Positions 41,454 to 47,359 of a DNA stretch of 64,000 nt are shown here, one piece after another. Both the position numbers and the translations under genes were made by a program. Within the stretch, counting starts at the first letter, position 1; each line of letters starts with the position of its first letter. Source of the DNA: a virus; the IMG/VR virus record IMGVR_UViG_3300042905_003904, positions 65,223 to 129,222 of that record. One strand, written 5' to 3'. Under the pieces are notes generated by a model, which had not been told where the DNA came from, made no database searches, and was given only the letters and a program-made list of their open reading frames with translations.

Positions 41454-41558
41454 GAATACTGAATTGTGCGAAGCAGCGGGACTGCTCTGGGCGTTTATGA
41501 CTAGTCGTCCAGTCACCGCTATTCACGCGACCGAATTTCTTCGCACAATTCAATACTC
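41454..41558 (-). ncRNA. candidate ~105-nt RNA with 20-bp closing stem
   Basis: GAGTATTGAATTGTGCGAAG/CTTCGCACAATTCAGTATTC. Confidence 0.55.
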
Positions 41559-41608
41559 ATTGTTTAAATATTATCTGTTAGTTTTAGGGAATTGCAACTA
41601 ATTTAAAA

Positions 41609-41703
41609 TGGCGGCTAACGGAGTGGATGCTACCCAACCTAGTAGTGAACTAGATCCAACTATTTTCGAAATAGTGTCAGCTCGCTTGTCTGATTCATTA
41701 GCC
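41609..41703 (-). tRNA. tRNA-Ser(CGA), 8/4 type
   Basis: GGCTAATG/CGTTAGCC, loop TTCGAAA, long V-arm, G73, CCA. Confidence 0.85.
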
Positions 41704-41709
41704 ATTAAA

Positions 41710-41784
41710 TGGTAGTCGGGGAGAATTTCGCAATCTCAATCTTGGCATTCAGAGTGCCCTGCGTTACTTTTACGCCACCCGACA
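41710..41784 (-). tRNA. tRNA-Gln(CTG)
   Basis: TGTCGGG/CCCGACT, loop CTCTGAA, CCA. Confidence 0.85.
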
Positions 41785-41791
41785 ATTAAAA

Positions 41792-41877
41792 TGGAGCCTG
41801 ATGAGGGACTTGCACCCCCGGTGAGATTTCTCTACATGATTACAAATCACGTCCTATCGCTACTAAGGGAATCAGGC
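41792..41877 (-). tRNA. tRNA-Thr(TGT) with long variable arm
   Basis: GCCTGAT/ATCAGGC, stem CGTGA/TCATG, loop TTTGTAA, CCA. Confidence 0.8.
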
Positions 41878-41897
41878 ATTTTGAAATTTATTTGAAA

Positions 41898-41975
41898 TGG
41901 CATCGTCTGAGGCTCTTGCGGCCTCTAGGTCTACTTTGAGGGAGTAGTTACTCGAGCTACTTTGTATTAGACGAC
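41898..41975 (-). tRNA. tRNA-Glu(CTC)
   Basis: GTCGTCT/AGACGAT, loop CCCTCAA (C33), CCA. Confidence 0.8.
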
Positions 41976-42161
41976 ATTGTATTGTGCAGTTACATTCTCG
42001 GCAATAATCTTGGCTGCCTTGAGGTGAAGATCTAGGGGAATCAAATTCTTTAAATCCGCAAATAACATTTCTGCTAGACCACAAAAATCGTGGTAGTTGG
42101 CTCCTTCTGCTTCTTCGGAGGCTTTACGTAAAATTTCATCGATCTTGTTTTGAAGTTTCAT
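41967..42161 (-). CDS. hypothetical protein within the tRNA array
   Basis: 64-aa ORF; stop lies inside the tRNA-Glu 5' end. Confidence 0.55.
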   Translation of the reverse strand: MKLQNKIDEILRKASEEAEGANYHDFCGLAEMLFADLKNLIPLDLHLKAAKIIAENVTAQYNVV

Positions 42162-42170
42162 GAGATGATT

Positions 42171-42431
42171 TTAACTACGAGTTTTCTGGAATTCTCTTAG
42201 TTTTTCTAAATCATCCCCTTCATAAAAATCTGGAATACCGCTTGCTGGATATCCGCCGCATCTACCACAAGATAAACAAGTTCCGGCTCCTCTAATGGTT
42301 CCTACTTCACCATTATGATTGATTACTAAATTAGAACGTTCTCCATCACAGTTATCACAAGAGAACATGCTTCTTTCAGTGATAATAGAAACATAGGCTT
42401 CGGAAAGTAGTTGGGTATCTTTGTCGTTCAT
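42171..42431 (-). CDS. small Cys-rich protein
   Basis: MNDKDTQLLSEAY...CDNC...CLSCGRC; TAAATA upstream. Confidence 0.6.
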   Translation of the reverse strand: MNDKDTQLLSEAYVSIITERSMFSCDNCDGERSNLVINHNGEVGTIRGAGTCLSCGRCGGYPASGIPDFYEGDDLEKLREFQKTRS

Positions 42432-42450
42432 ACGAGTATTTAGGTTAAAG

Positions 42451-42525
42451 TGGCTGGGAATCCGGCGTTTGCATCCGGTTTTAAAGTTTTTCAAACTTTC
42501 ACACTACGTCATGTGTTAATTCCCA
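42451..42525 (-). tRNA. tRNA-Phe(GAA)
   Basis: TGGGAAT/ATTCCCA, loop TTGAAAA, CCA. Confidence 0.8.
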
Positions 42526-42534
42526 ATTAAAAAG

Positions 42535-42608
42535 TGCTAGAGGGGTGTGCTGCCCACTCCTTCCTTCGACTTATCAAGTCGGTGCATATGCTGTTTTGCT
42601 TCTCTAGC
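42535..42608 (-). tRNA. tRNA-Ile(GAT)
   Basis: GCTAGAG/CTCTAGC, loop TTGATAA, irregular T-arm, no CCA. Confidence 0.75.
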
Positions 42609-42619
42609 GTTTGAAAATA

Positions 42620-42691
42620 TTCGCCATGTTCGTGCTGCCCGAACTACTCCCAGTATGTCGAACTAGGTTTCTGCTGTTGAATTAATGGCGA
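42620..42691 (-). tRNA. tRNA-Val(GAC)
   Basis: TCGCCAT/ATGGCGA, loop TCGACAT (C33), no CCA. Confidence 0.8.
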
Positions 42692-42761
42692 GTGAAATTG
42701 GCCTGCGAATTTTAACACCCCTTGCAGGTCGGGCTACGTGCTGAACGTGTTCTTAAGAAAG

Positions 42762-42835
42762 TGGAGCCCAATCCCGGTAACTCTCCGGATTTTCACCATT
42801 ACCAATGGCGTGTATTAATTTTATACGAATCGGGC
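42762..42835 (-). tRNA. tRNA-Thr(GGT)
   Basis: GCCCGAT/ATTGGGC, loop TTGGTAA, CCA. Confidence 0.85.
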
Positions 42836-42844
42836 TTTAAAACG

Positions 42845-42916
42845 TAGTCCCGGAAAATTTTGCAATTTCAACCTTCTCTGTGTAAAAGAGTTGCTCCACT
42901 TTTGAGCTACGGGACC
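42845..42916 (-). tRNA. tRNA-Val(TAC)
   Basis: GGTCCCG/CGGGACT, loop TTTACAC, no CCA. Confidence 0.85.
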
Positions 42917-42928
42917 ATTAAATTAAAG

Positions 42929-43004
42929 CGCTGCTGGAAAGAATTGCACTCTCATAAATCCTACTTCGAAGGTAGGTGCCTGGGTCTGTTCGAGCCACAG
43001 CAGC
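42929..43004 (-). tRNA. tRNA-Arg(TCG)
   Basis: GCTGCTG/CAGCAGC, loop CTTCGAA, no CCA. Confidence 0.85.
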
Positions 43005-43019
43005 ATTATTAAAAATTAA

Positions 43020-43126
43020 TTCCACTTTATGAAGCCAGTCTCCCTCGCAGGATAAGCACTCTTCATAAACAAACACCAAACGTAAACGATTTATAGGGTT
43101 TTGACACCAGTGCAAGTGTAGTGGAA
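43020..43126 (-). ncRNA. candidate ~107-nt RNA
   Basis: Closed by TTCCACT/AGTGGAA; inner TTTATGAAG/CTTCATAAA. Confidence 0.45.
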
Positions 43127-43129
43127 ATA

Positions 43130-43204
43130 TGGAAGGCGTTATCGGTATTGCGCCGATTTATCTAACTTGGCAAGCTAGTGCATCACTTTTTATGCTTAAC
43201 ACCC
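43130..43204 (-). tRNA. tRNA-Gly(GCC)
   Basis: GGGTGTT/AACGCCT, loop TTGCCAA, U73, CCA. Confidence 0.85.
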
Positions 43205-43213
43205 ATTAAAAAT

Positions 43214-43720
43214 TTATCCCATAGTAGCAAATATATCATTTTGGATACCCTGAAGGTTTACTGCTATGTGCGGATATAAAGAAATTTCATTTGTTTTAAT
43301 GTCCTTCAAATAAATATTGGATTTTAAACAATTAGCAGGATCCTGAAACATATTTGTTGTATTTTTTAATGTTAACGGTTTATCTTTACAAAGCGTCCAG
43401 TCATGTTTATAAAAACAATCATGAGTCGGGGCTGGAATCCTAATACTACCACAACTGTTAAAGGTTACTACGGTTTTCGCTATGTCATCCAATTCTAGGA
43501 ATTTAACAAAGAACAATTTTCTTGGTAAATTTTGCACATGAATAATATGCCAATCAGAATTGAATTCGGTCTGATAATCTTTCAATGTGTCTTTATCCAT
43601 AGGAAATGTATGGAAACATTCATAATCAAACCGAACGACAGTATCCGTTGATTTACCTTTAATCTTCCACAGATAATCTTGGCGATTATATATGGTTTCC
43701 AATGAATGAATAATTCTCAT
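43214..43720 (-). CDS. hypothetical AT-rich protein within the tRNA array
   Basis: 168-aa ORF. Confidence 0.55.
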   Translation of the reverse strand: MRIIHSLETIYNRQDYLWKIKGKSTDTVVRFDYECFHTFPMDKDTLKDYQTEFNSDWHIIHVQNLPRKLFFVKFLELDDIAKTVVTFNSCGSIRIPAPTHDCFYKHDWTLCKDKPLTLKNTTNMFQDPANCLKSNIYLKDIKTNEISLYPHIAVNLQGIQNDIFATMG

Positions 43721-44015
43721 AAATTGATGTTACTATTATTTGTTCGGAATAGCACTCTCAACTTTAGAAAAACACCTCCACAAATTAGGCTTAGTAAAAG
43801 AGGCCTGCATGGTCTGGCGAAAATATAAGCTCCCATGATTTACAACCTTTGGGTATTAGTATCTGGAACGGTTATGCAGATCTGCTTAAAGGGTATCATC
43901 CTTGGGATTTTTACCCAACCACCATAAGATATCATTAGGTGTTTCTAGCACACATTCCAGGCTCATCTAGACTCATAGGATTGGATAAGATTTCGGGCTG
44001 ATGTTATTTTGAAAA

Positions 44016-44090
44016 TGGCTCCCACCCAACGATTCGAACGTTGCTCACACGAGTTAACAGCTCGGCCGCACACCTAGTGCGTTGACGGGA
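44016..44090 (-). tRNA. tRNA-Asn(GTT)
   Basis: TCCCGTC/GGTGGGA, loop CTGTTAA, TTCGAAT, G73, CCA. Confidence 0.9.
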
Positions 44091-44098
44091 TTTGAAAT

Positions 44099-44172
44099 TG
44101 GCACCCCATTCGGAGCTCTCATCCGATATTCTTGCGTGACAAGCAAGTATGATAATCATTCATCAATGGGGT
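44099..44172 (-). tRNA. tRNA-Asp(GTC)
   Basis: ACCCCAT/ATGGGGT, loop TTGTCAC, G73, CCA. Confidence 0.85.
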
Positions 44173-44179
44173 ATTAAAT

Positions 44180-44256
44180 TGGTCCGAAAGGTAGGCGCTT
44201 CCCCTACATATATCCGCACATCAAGCGGGTCCTTTATATTTCTCAGGCACTCTCGG
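44180..44256 (-). tRNA. tRNA with GAT anticodon (Ile?), atypical
   Basis: CCGAGAG/CTTTCGG, loop TTGATGT (G37), CCA. Confidence 0.7.
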
Positions 44257-44265
44257 TTTGTAAAT

Positions 44266-44357
44266 TGGTAGAAGGTGTCGGTAACGCTCCGACTCGAGGC
44301 CCACATCTAGGGCGAAACGGGGTATAAAACCGTCTTGGCTACTTAGCACAACCTTCC
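44266..44357 (-). tRNA. tRNA with TAT anticodon (Ile?) and long variable arm
   Basis: GGAAGGT/ACCTTCT, loop TTTATAC, V-arm GCCC/GGGC, CCA. Confidence 0.7.
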
Positions 44358-44366
44358 ATTGAAATA

Positions 44367-44444
44367 TGGGGTAAACGACCGCATCTGCCGCGGCTATAAC
44401 TCCGGTTCACAGCCGGATCCCTATCTACTTTGGGTTCGTCTACC
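44367..44444 (-). tRNA. tRNA-His(GTG)
   Basis: G-1:C73, GTAGACG/CGTTTAC, loop CTGTGAA, CCA. Confidence 0.9.
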
Positions 44445-44453
44445 ATTTGAAAT

Positions 44454-44840
44454 TGGCCGTTTGTGGACTTCAACCACTTCCCGGATAACGGTTTTAATCC
44501 GGTTTCAGTTCTCATAGGTTTGCGGCCCGAAGCTGCCTGAAATTTAAGCCAGTTACTCGAGCTCCCTATTTGCGGCACTTAACCGTCAAGTTTAGTGGAC
44601 TCCGCCATTTGGGGACCTGTTTCGCTGACACCACCAAATTGACGTTCGGTGGAAATTAATTACCAAAGAAACCCCTCATTCTGAACTGGAAGCTACGACA
44701 TCTTCAAGAGACGTTTCCAGTGACACGGGGTTCTTTGGCTTCTATCTATGGATGTCAAATTATATCCGTTTGTGCTTCCTCTTACACTAAGTCTCCTGAT
44801 TGATTTCAGAAGCGCCGGTCCTTGAACCCGAACTAAACGG
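44454..44840 (-). ncRNA. ~390-nt structured non-coding block (one or several RNAs)
   Basis: Long hairpin 44663-44738; 3' end GTGG-TTGAAGT-CCAC-AAACGG-CCA; 5' CCGTTT. Confidence 0.5.
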
Positions 44841-44844
44841 AAAT

Positions 44845-44919
44845 TGGCACGCGCTGATCTGCTTGCAAGATCCCACGACCTTTTGGAGAGGTTGTCGCCA
44901 CTATGGAACATGAGCGCGT
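44845..44919 (-). tRNA. tRNA-Trp(CCA)
   Basis: ACGCGCT/AGCGCGT, loop CTCCAAA, G73, CCA. Confidence 0.85.
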
Positions 44920-44925
44920 ATGAAA

Positions 44926-45000
44926 TGGTAGCCCCACCTGGTAACCCTCCAGGTTCTATGGTTTCAAAGACCACTGCATTTAGTTCTATGCTATGGGGCA
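44926..45000 (-). tRNA. tRNA-Gln(TTG)
   Basis: TGCCCCA/TGGGGCT, loop CTTTGAA, CCA. Confidence 0.85.
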
Positions 45001-45009
45001 ATTATAAAA

Positions 45010-45086
45010 TGGTGAGCTCCCAGGGTATCGCGCCCTGCATCTCCAATTTAAAAGATTGGTGCATACTCTATGGCAGCTTGGAGCCC
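45010..45086 (-). tRNA. tRNA-Lys(TTT)
   Basis: GGGCTCC/GGAGCTC, loop CTTTTAA, CCA. Confidence 0.85.
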
Positions 45087-45093
45087 ATAAAAT

Positions 45094-45167
45094 TGGTGAG
45101 TCGTCCTGGTAATTCTCCAGGTTCTTCTGTTTAAGAGACAGGGGCCTTAATTTTAGGCGAACAACCC
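45094..45167 (-). tRNA. tRNA-Lys(CTT)
   Basis: GGGTTGT/ACGACTC, loop CTCTTAA, CCA. Confidence 0.85.
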
Positions 45168-45180
45168 ATATTGAAATTAA

Positions 45181-45264
45181 TCGTATACTCCGGTGTTGCT
45201 CCGAGCGTAATCTTTCGATATCTAGATCCCAAATCTAGCGGGGTCTCTGGCTCCCTCGTATACG
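45181..45264 (-). tRNA. tRNA-Pro(TGG) with long variable arm
   Basis: CGTATAC/GTATACG, loop TTTGGGA, V-arm ATC-GAAA-GAT, no CCA. Confidence 0.8.
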
Positions 45265-45274
45265 TTTTATAAAT

Positions 45275-45359
45275 TGGTAGTCCCGACAGGCATCGAACCT
45301 GCAAGCATTTCTGCGTAAGTTTCTAAAACTTATATGTTTGCCAATTTCATCACAGGACC
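45275..45359 (-). tRNA. tRNA-Leu(TAG)
   Basis: GGTCCTG/CGGGACT, loop TTTAGAA, V-arm, CCA. Confidence 0.9.
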
Positions 45360-45368
45360 ATTAAATAG

Positions 45369-45451
45369 TGTCGATAGTTGGAGTTGCACCAACACGCCCT
45401 TTCGGACAAAAGTTTTTAAGACTTTCATGGCTTCTGTTACATCATACCGAC
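45369..45451 (-). tRNA. tRNA-Leu(TAA)
   Basis: GTCGGTA/TATCGAC, loop CTTAAAA, V-arm, no CCA. Confidence 0.85.
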
Positions 45452-45459
45452 TTTGAAAT

Positions 45460-45543
45460 TGGTCCTCATAGTAGAAATTGCATCTACACTCCCGAAGGAA
45501 CTTGTTTTTGAGACAAGCGCGGCTGCTGTTACGCCATATGAGG
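45460..45543 (-). tRNA. tRNA-Leu(CAA)
   Basis: CCTCATA/TATGAGG, loop CTCAAAA, V-arm, CCA. Confidence 0.85.
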
Positions 45544-45556
45544 TTTATTGAAATTT

Positions 45557-45724
45557 CTCAAATACCACCTCATCCGTTTGCGATCGGATACTACACACTA
45601 AACCAGCCCGGTTCGTGCTTCGGCAGTTTTCCCTATTTGGGCTCCTACTAACCCCGGCAGGTAATTAGTAGATCTTTGAGGTAGACCCCCGCGTCTGTTA
45701 TTGCGCCAGCAGATGGCATTTGAA
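45557..45724 (-). ncRNA. candidate ~168-nt RNA
   Basis: 14-bp closing stem TTCAAATGCCATCT/AGGTGGTATTTGAG. Confidence 0.5.
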
Positions 45725-45729
45725 ATTAA

Positions 45730-45800
45730 TTCAGTGGTTCGATGCTGCAGGAGTGCCTGGGCTGAATCGATTGACTTCTAGTTCCTGGCGAAACACTGAA
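45730..45800 (-). ncRNA. candidate ~71-nt RNA
   Basis: Closed by TTCAGTG/CACTGAA; inner TTCG/CGAA and CAGGA/TCCTG. Confidence 0.4.
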
Positions 45801-45802
45801 AT

Positions 45803-45880
45803 TGGTAGCGTATACCGGTGCTGCCCCGGTTCTAAGTTCTCCTTGAAAGGGAGGGAAGCATGCTGTTGCTCATATACGCC
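45803..45880 (-). tRNA. tRNA-Glu(TTC)
   Basis: GGCGTAT/ATACGCT, loop CTTTCAA, CCA. Confidence 0.85.
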
Positions 45881-45889
45881 ATTTGAAAT

Positions 45890-45986
45890 TGGAGCGATTA
45901 GGGGATTTGCACCCACACCTTTAGTCTAGACGACTACTGTTCTATGAATCCCTAAAGAGGAAATTCTCTAATTAAACTACCCTCGC
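45890..45986 (-). tRNA. aberrant tRNA-like gene (loop CGTCTAG) with a hairpin inserted in the D-loop
   Basis: GCGA/TCGC-T-CCA, T-loop TGCAAAT, weak acceptor stem. Confidence 0.55.
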
Positions 45987-45992
45987 ATTAAA

Positions 45993-46083
45993 TGGTGGGA
46001 GCAAACTGAATCGCACAGTAAGCCTCGACTTCCAATCCTTGGTTAAGGTGCGGTTTTACAGACCGCCGATTGGGGTTACTCCC
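45993..46083 (-). tRNA. atypical tRNA-Tyr(GTA), no D-arm in the normal position
   Basis: GGGAGTA/TGCTCCC, loop CTGTAAA, A73, CCA. Confidence 0.75.
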
Positions 46084-46094
46084 ATTTGAAATTA

Positions 46095-46166
46095 TTGCAG
46101 GTATGGGAATTGCACCCATGCATAACGGCTTATGAGACCGTGGACTTACTACTTGTCGAACCCGCG
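46095..46166 (-). tRNA. tRNA-fMet-like (CAT)
   Basis: CGCGGGT/ACCTGCA with C1:A72 mismatch, loop CTCATAA, no CCA. Confidence 0.85.
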
Positions 46167-46233
46167 ATTTGAAATCATACCCAAATAGATCTCTCAAGTC
46201 TTTTTTAAGGACCATCTATCCAGGTTTTGAAAG

Positions 46234-46318
46234 TTACAGAGGCGGGTATTGATCCACTTTTGGGCATTTGCACCTTCCAGGTTATGGGCCTGGCGAAACA
46301 CGTTTTCTCTACTCTGTT
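46234..46318 (-). tRNA. second initiator-like tRNA (CAT) with extra arm
   Basis: AACAGAG/CTCTGTA 1:72 mismatch, CCAGG-CCCATAA-CCTGG, irregular T-arm. Confidence 0.65.
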
Positions 46319-46330
46319 ATTTAAAGACTA

Positions 46331-46411
46331 TCAAGAAGGTCCGATGCTATTATCATTGCGATTTTATAGAATGGTGATAAAGCCACCCTCATCCGACGAA
46401 ACACTTCCTGA
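46331..46411 (-). ncRNA. candidate ~80-nt RNA
   Basis: Closed by TCAGGAAG/CTTCTTGA. Confidence 0.35.
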
Positions 46412-46428
46412 ATCTGTATAAATTGAAG

Positions 46429-46502
46429 TGGAATATCTGGGTTACGCTCCCAGTTCTGCGCATTGCAAGTGCACCGTGTTACCTATTAATCACTAATACC
46501 CC
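46429..46502 (-). tRNA. tRNA-Ala(TGC)
   Basis: GGGGTAT/ATATTCC with G3:U70, loop CTTGCAA, no CCA. Confidence 0.88.
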
Positions 46503-46520
46503 TTTACTCTATGAAATTTG

Positions 46521-46635
46521 TTTGGTGTGAAATTTTACCCGCGATTATTTTCCAGCTTTGCGATAACCCCTTAGATTAGACCCTCAGGGAAAGGCGGTTC
46601 CTTCAACATCGCAAAGGTCCTTTATAGGCACCAAA
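46521..46635 (-). ncRNA. candidate ~115-nt RNA
   Basis: TTTGGTG/CACCAAA closing stem; inner CTTTGCGAT/ATCGCAAAG. Confidence 0.45.
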
Positions 46636-46639
46636 TTAT

Positions 46640-46749
46640 TTTCCTGAAAGTGTTTGTGGACTGCGGGAAACTGCCTCCGCCCGACCTTTGATCACCCAAG
46701 TGGATGAGAAAGAAATTGCATCTTTCGACTCCCAGCCCCTTTCAGGAAA
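46640..46749 (-). ncRNA. candidate ~110-nt RNA
   Basis: 11-bp perfect closing stem TTTCCTGAAAG/CTTTCAGGAAA. Confidence 0.5.
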
Positions 46750-46750
46750 T

Positions 46751-47059
46751 TGGGCAGGATTTGTTCCCATTACTTCCAGGGTCAGCTTTTAGCCTGCGGA
46801 GCTGTGCTTCTTTCGAAATCGTCTAATTTTAACACGCAGACTAGAAACTGCGAAGTCTTTGGGAGGCTTTCATAATCTGCCGGTTCACCATTCCGGACTG
46901 ACGAATTATGTTTTGCTGATTACGCTTTGCGGGCTTCTCTCAGATACAATCTTTTGTTCTGGAGTGATTGAACTCCAGTATCTTTATGCGCTATTAGAGC
47001 ACACTATCGAGGAGAGTAATACATTTATCCCCGTTTCTACATCTGCCCGTTTCACAGGC
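46751..47059 (-). ncRNA. candidate ~300-nt multi-hairpin RNA
   Basis: GGGCAG/CTGCCC long-range pairing; hairpins CTGGAGT/ACTCCAG, CATAAT/ATTATG, CGCAG/CTGCG. Confidence 0.45.
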
Positions 47060-47072
47060 ATACTAGAGAAAA

Positions 47073-47147
47073 TGGAGCGACATGTGGGTAACCCACCCAC
47101 TTAAACCTGTTTGGAAAACAGGTGCATCAGTTTTCTGCCAATGTCGC
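47073..47147 (-). tRNA. tRNA-Gly(TCC)
   Basis: GCGACAT/ATGTCGC, loop TTTCCAA, U73, CCA. Confidence 0.88.
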
Positions 47148-47157
47148 ATTTGAAATT

Positions 47158-47252
47158 TGGTGGCCGGACATGTTCGTCATTATGAAGCTTACGGATGCCT
47201 GTGGCGGGGCTGGGTTATTCACCAACCCGAATACACTTTTCAGACGCCGACC
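47158..47252 (-). ncRNA. 95-nt RNA with acceptor-like stem and ACCA end
   Basis: GGTCGG/CCGGCC-A-CCA; no canonical T-arm. Confidence 0.5.
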
Positions 47253-47268
47253 ATTATTTGAAATTCTT

Positions 47269-47323
47269 AGGGAGGAGCCCGTCTACTGCTGGAATTTTCC
47301 ACGACAGTTATTTGCTCCTCCCT
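47269..47323 (-). ncRNA. 55-nt hairpin unit
   Basis: 10-bp AGGGAGGAGC/GCTCCTCCCT. Confidence 0.4.
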
Positions 47324-47359
47324 TATCATTTTAACCTACTATATTACTTAAACTTCCTC

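Noticed and set aside
44454-44840. Canonical tmRNA
   Set aside because: No GGGG 5' end, no G3:U70, no recognisable tag ORF; kept only as an unknown RNA
45890-45986. Amber suppressor (CTA) and stop-codon recoding
   Set aside because: A 7-nt loop places TCT at 34-36. Conserved genes are intact in the standard code, and TAG/TGA are used as real stops.
46331-46411. Hammerhead ribozyme (GATGAG and CGAAAC-like words)
   Set aside because: Core words are on opposite strands or in the wrong order
46751-47059. Group I intron (AATCAGCA Q-like word)
   Set aside because: No R/S elements found and no interrupted exon on either side
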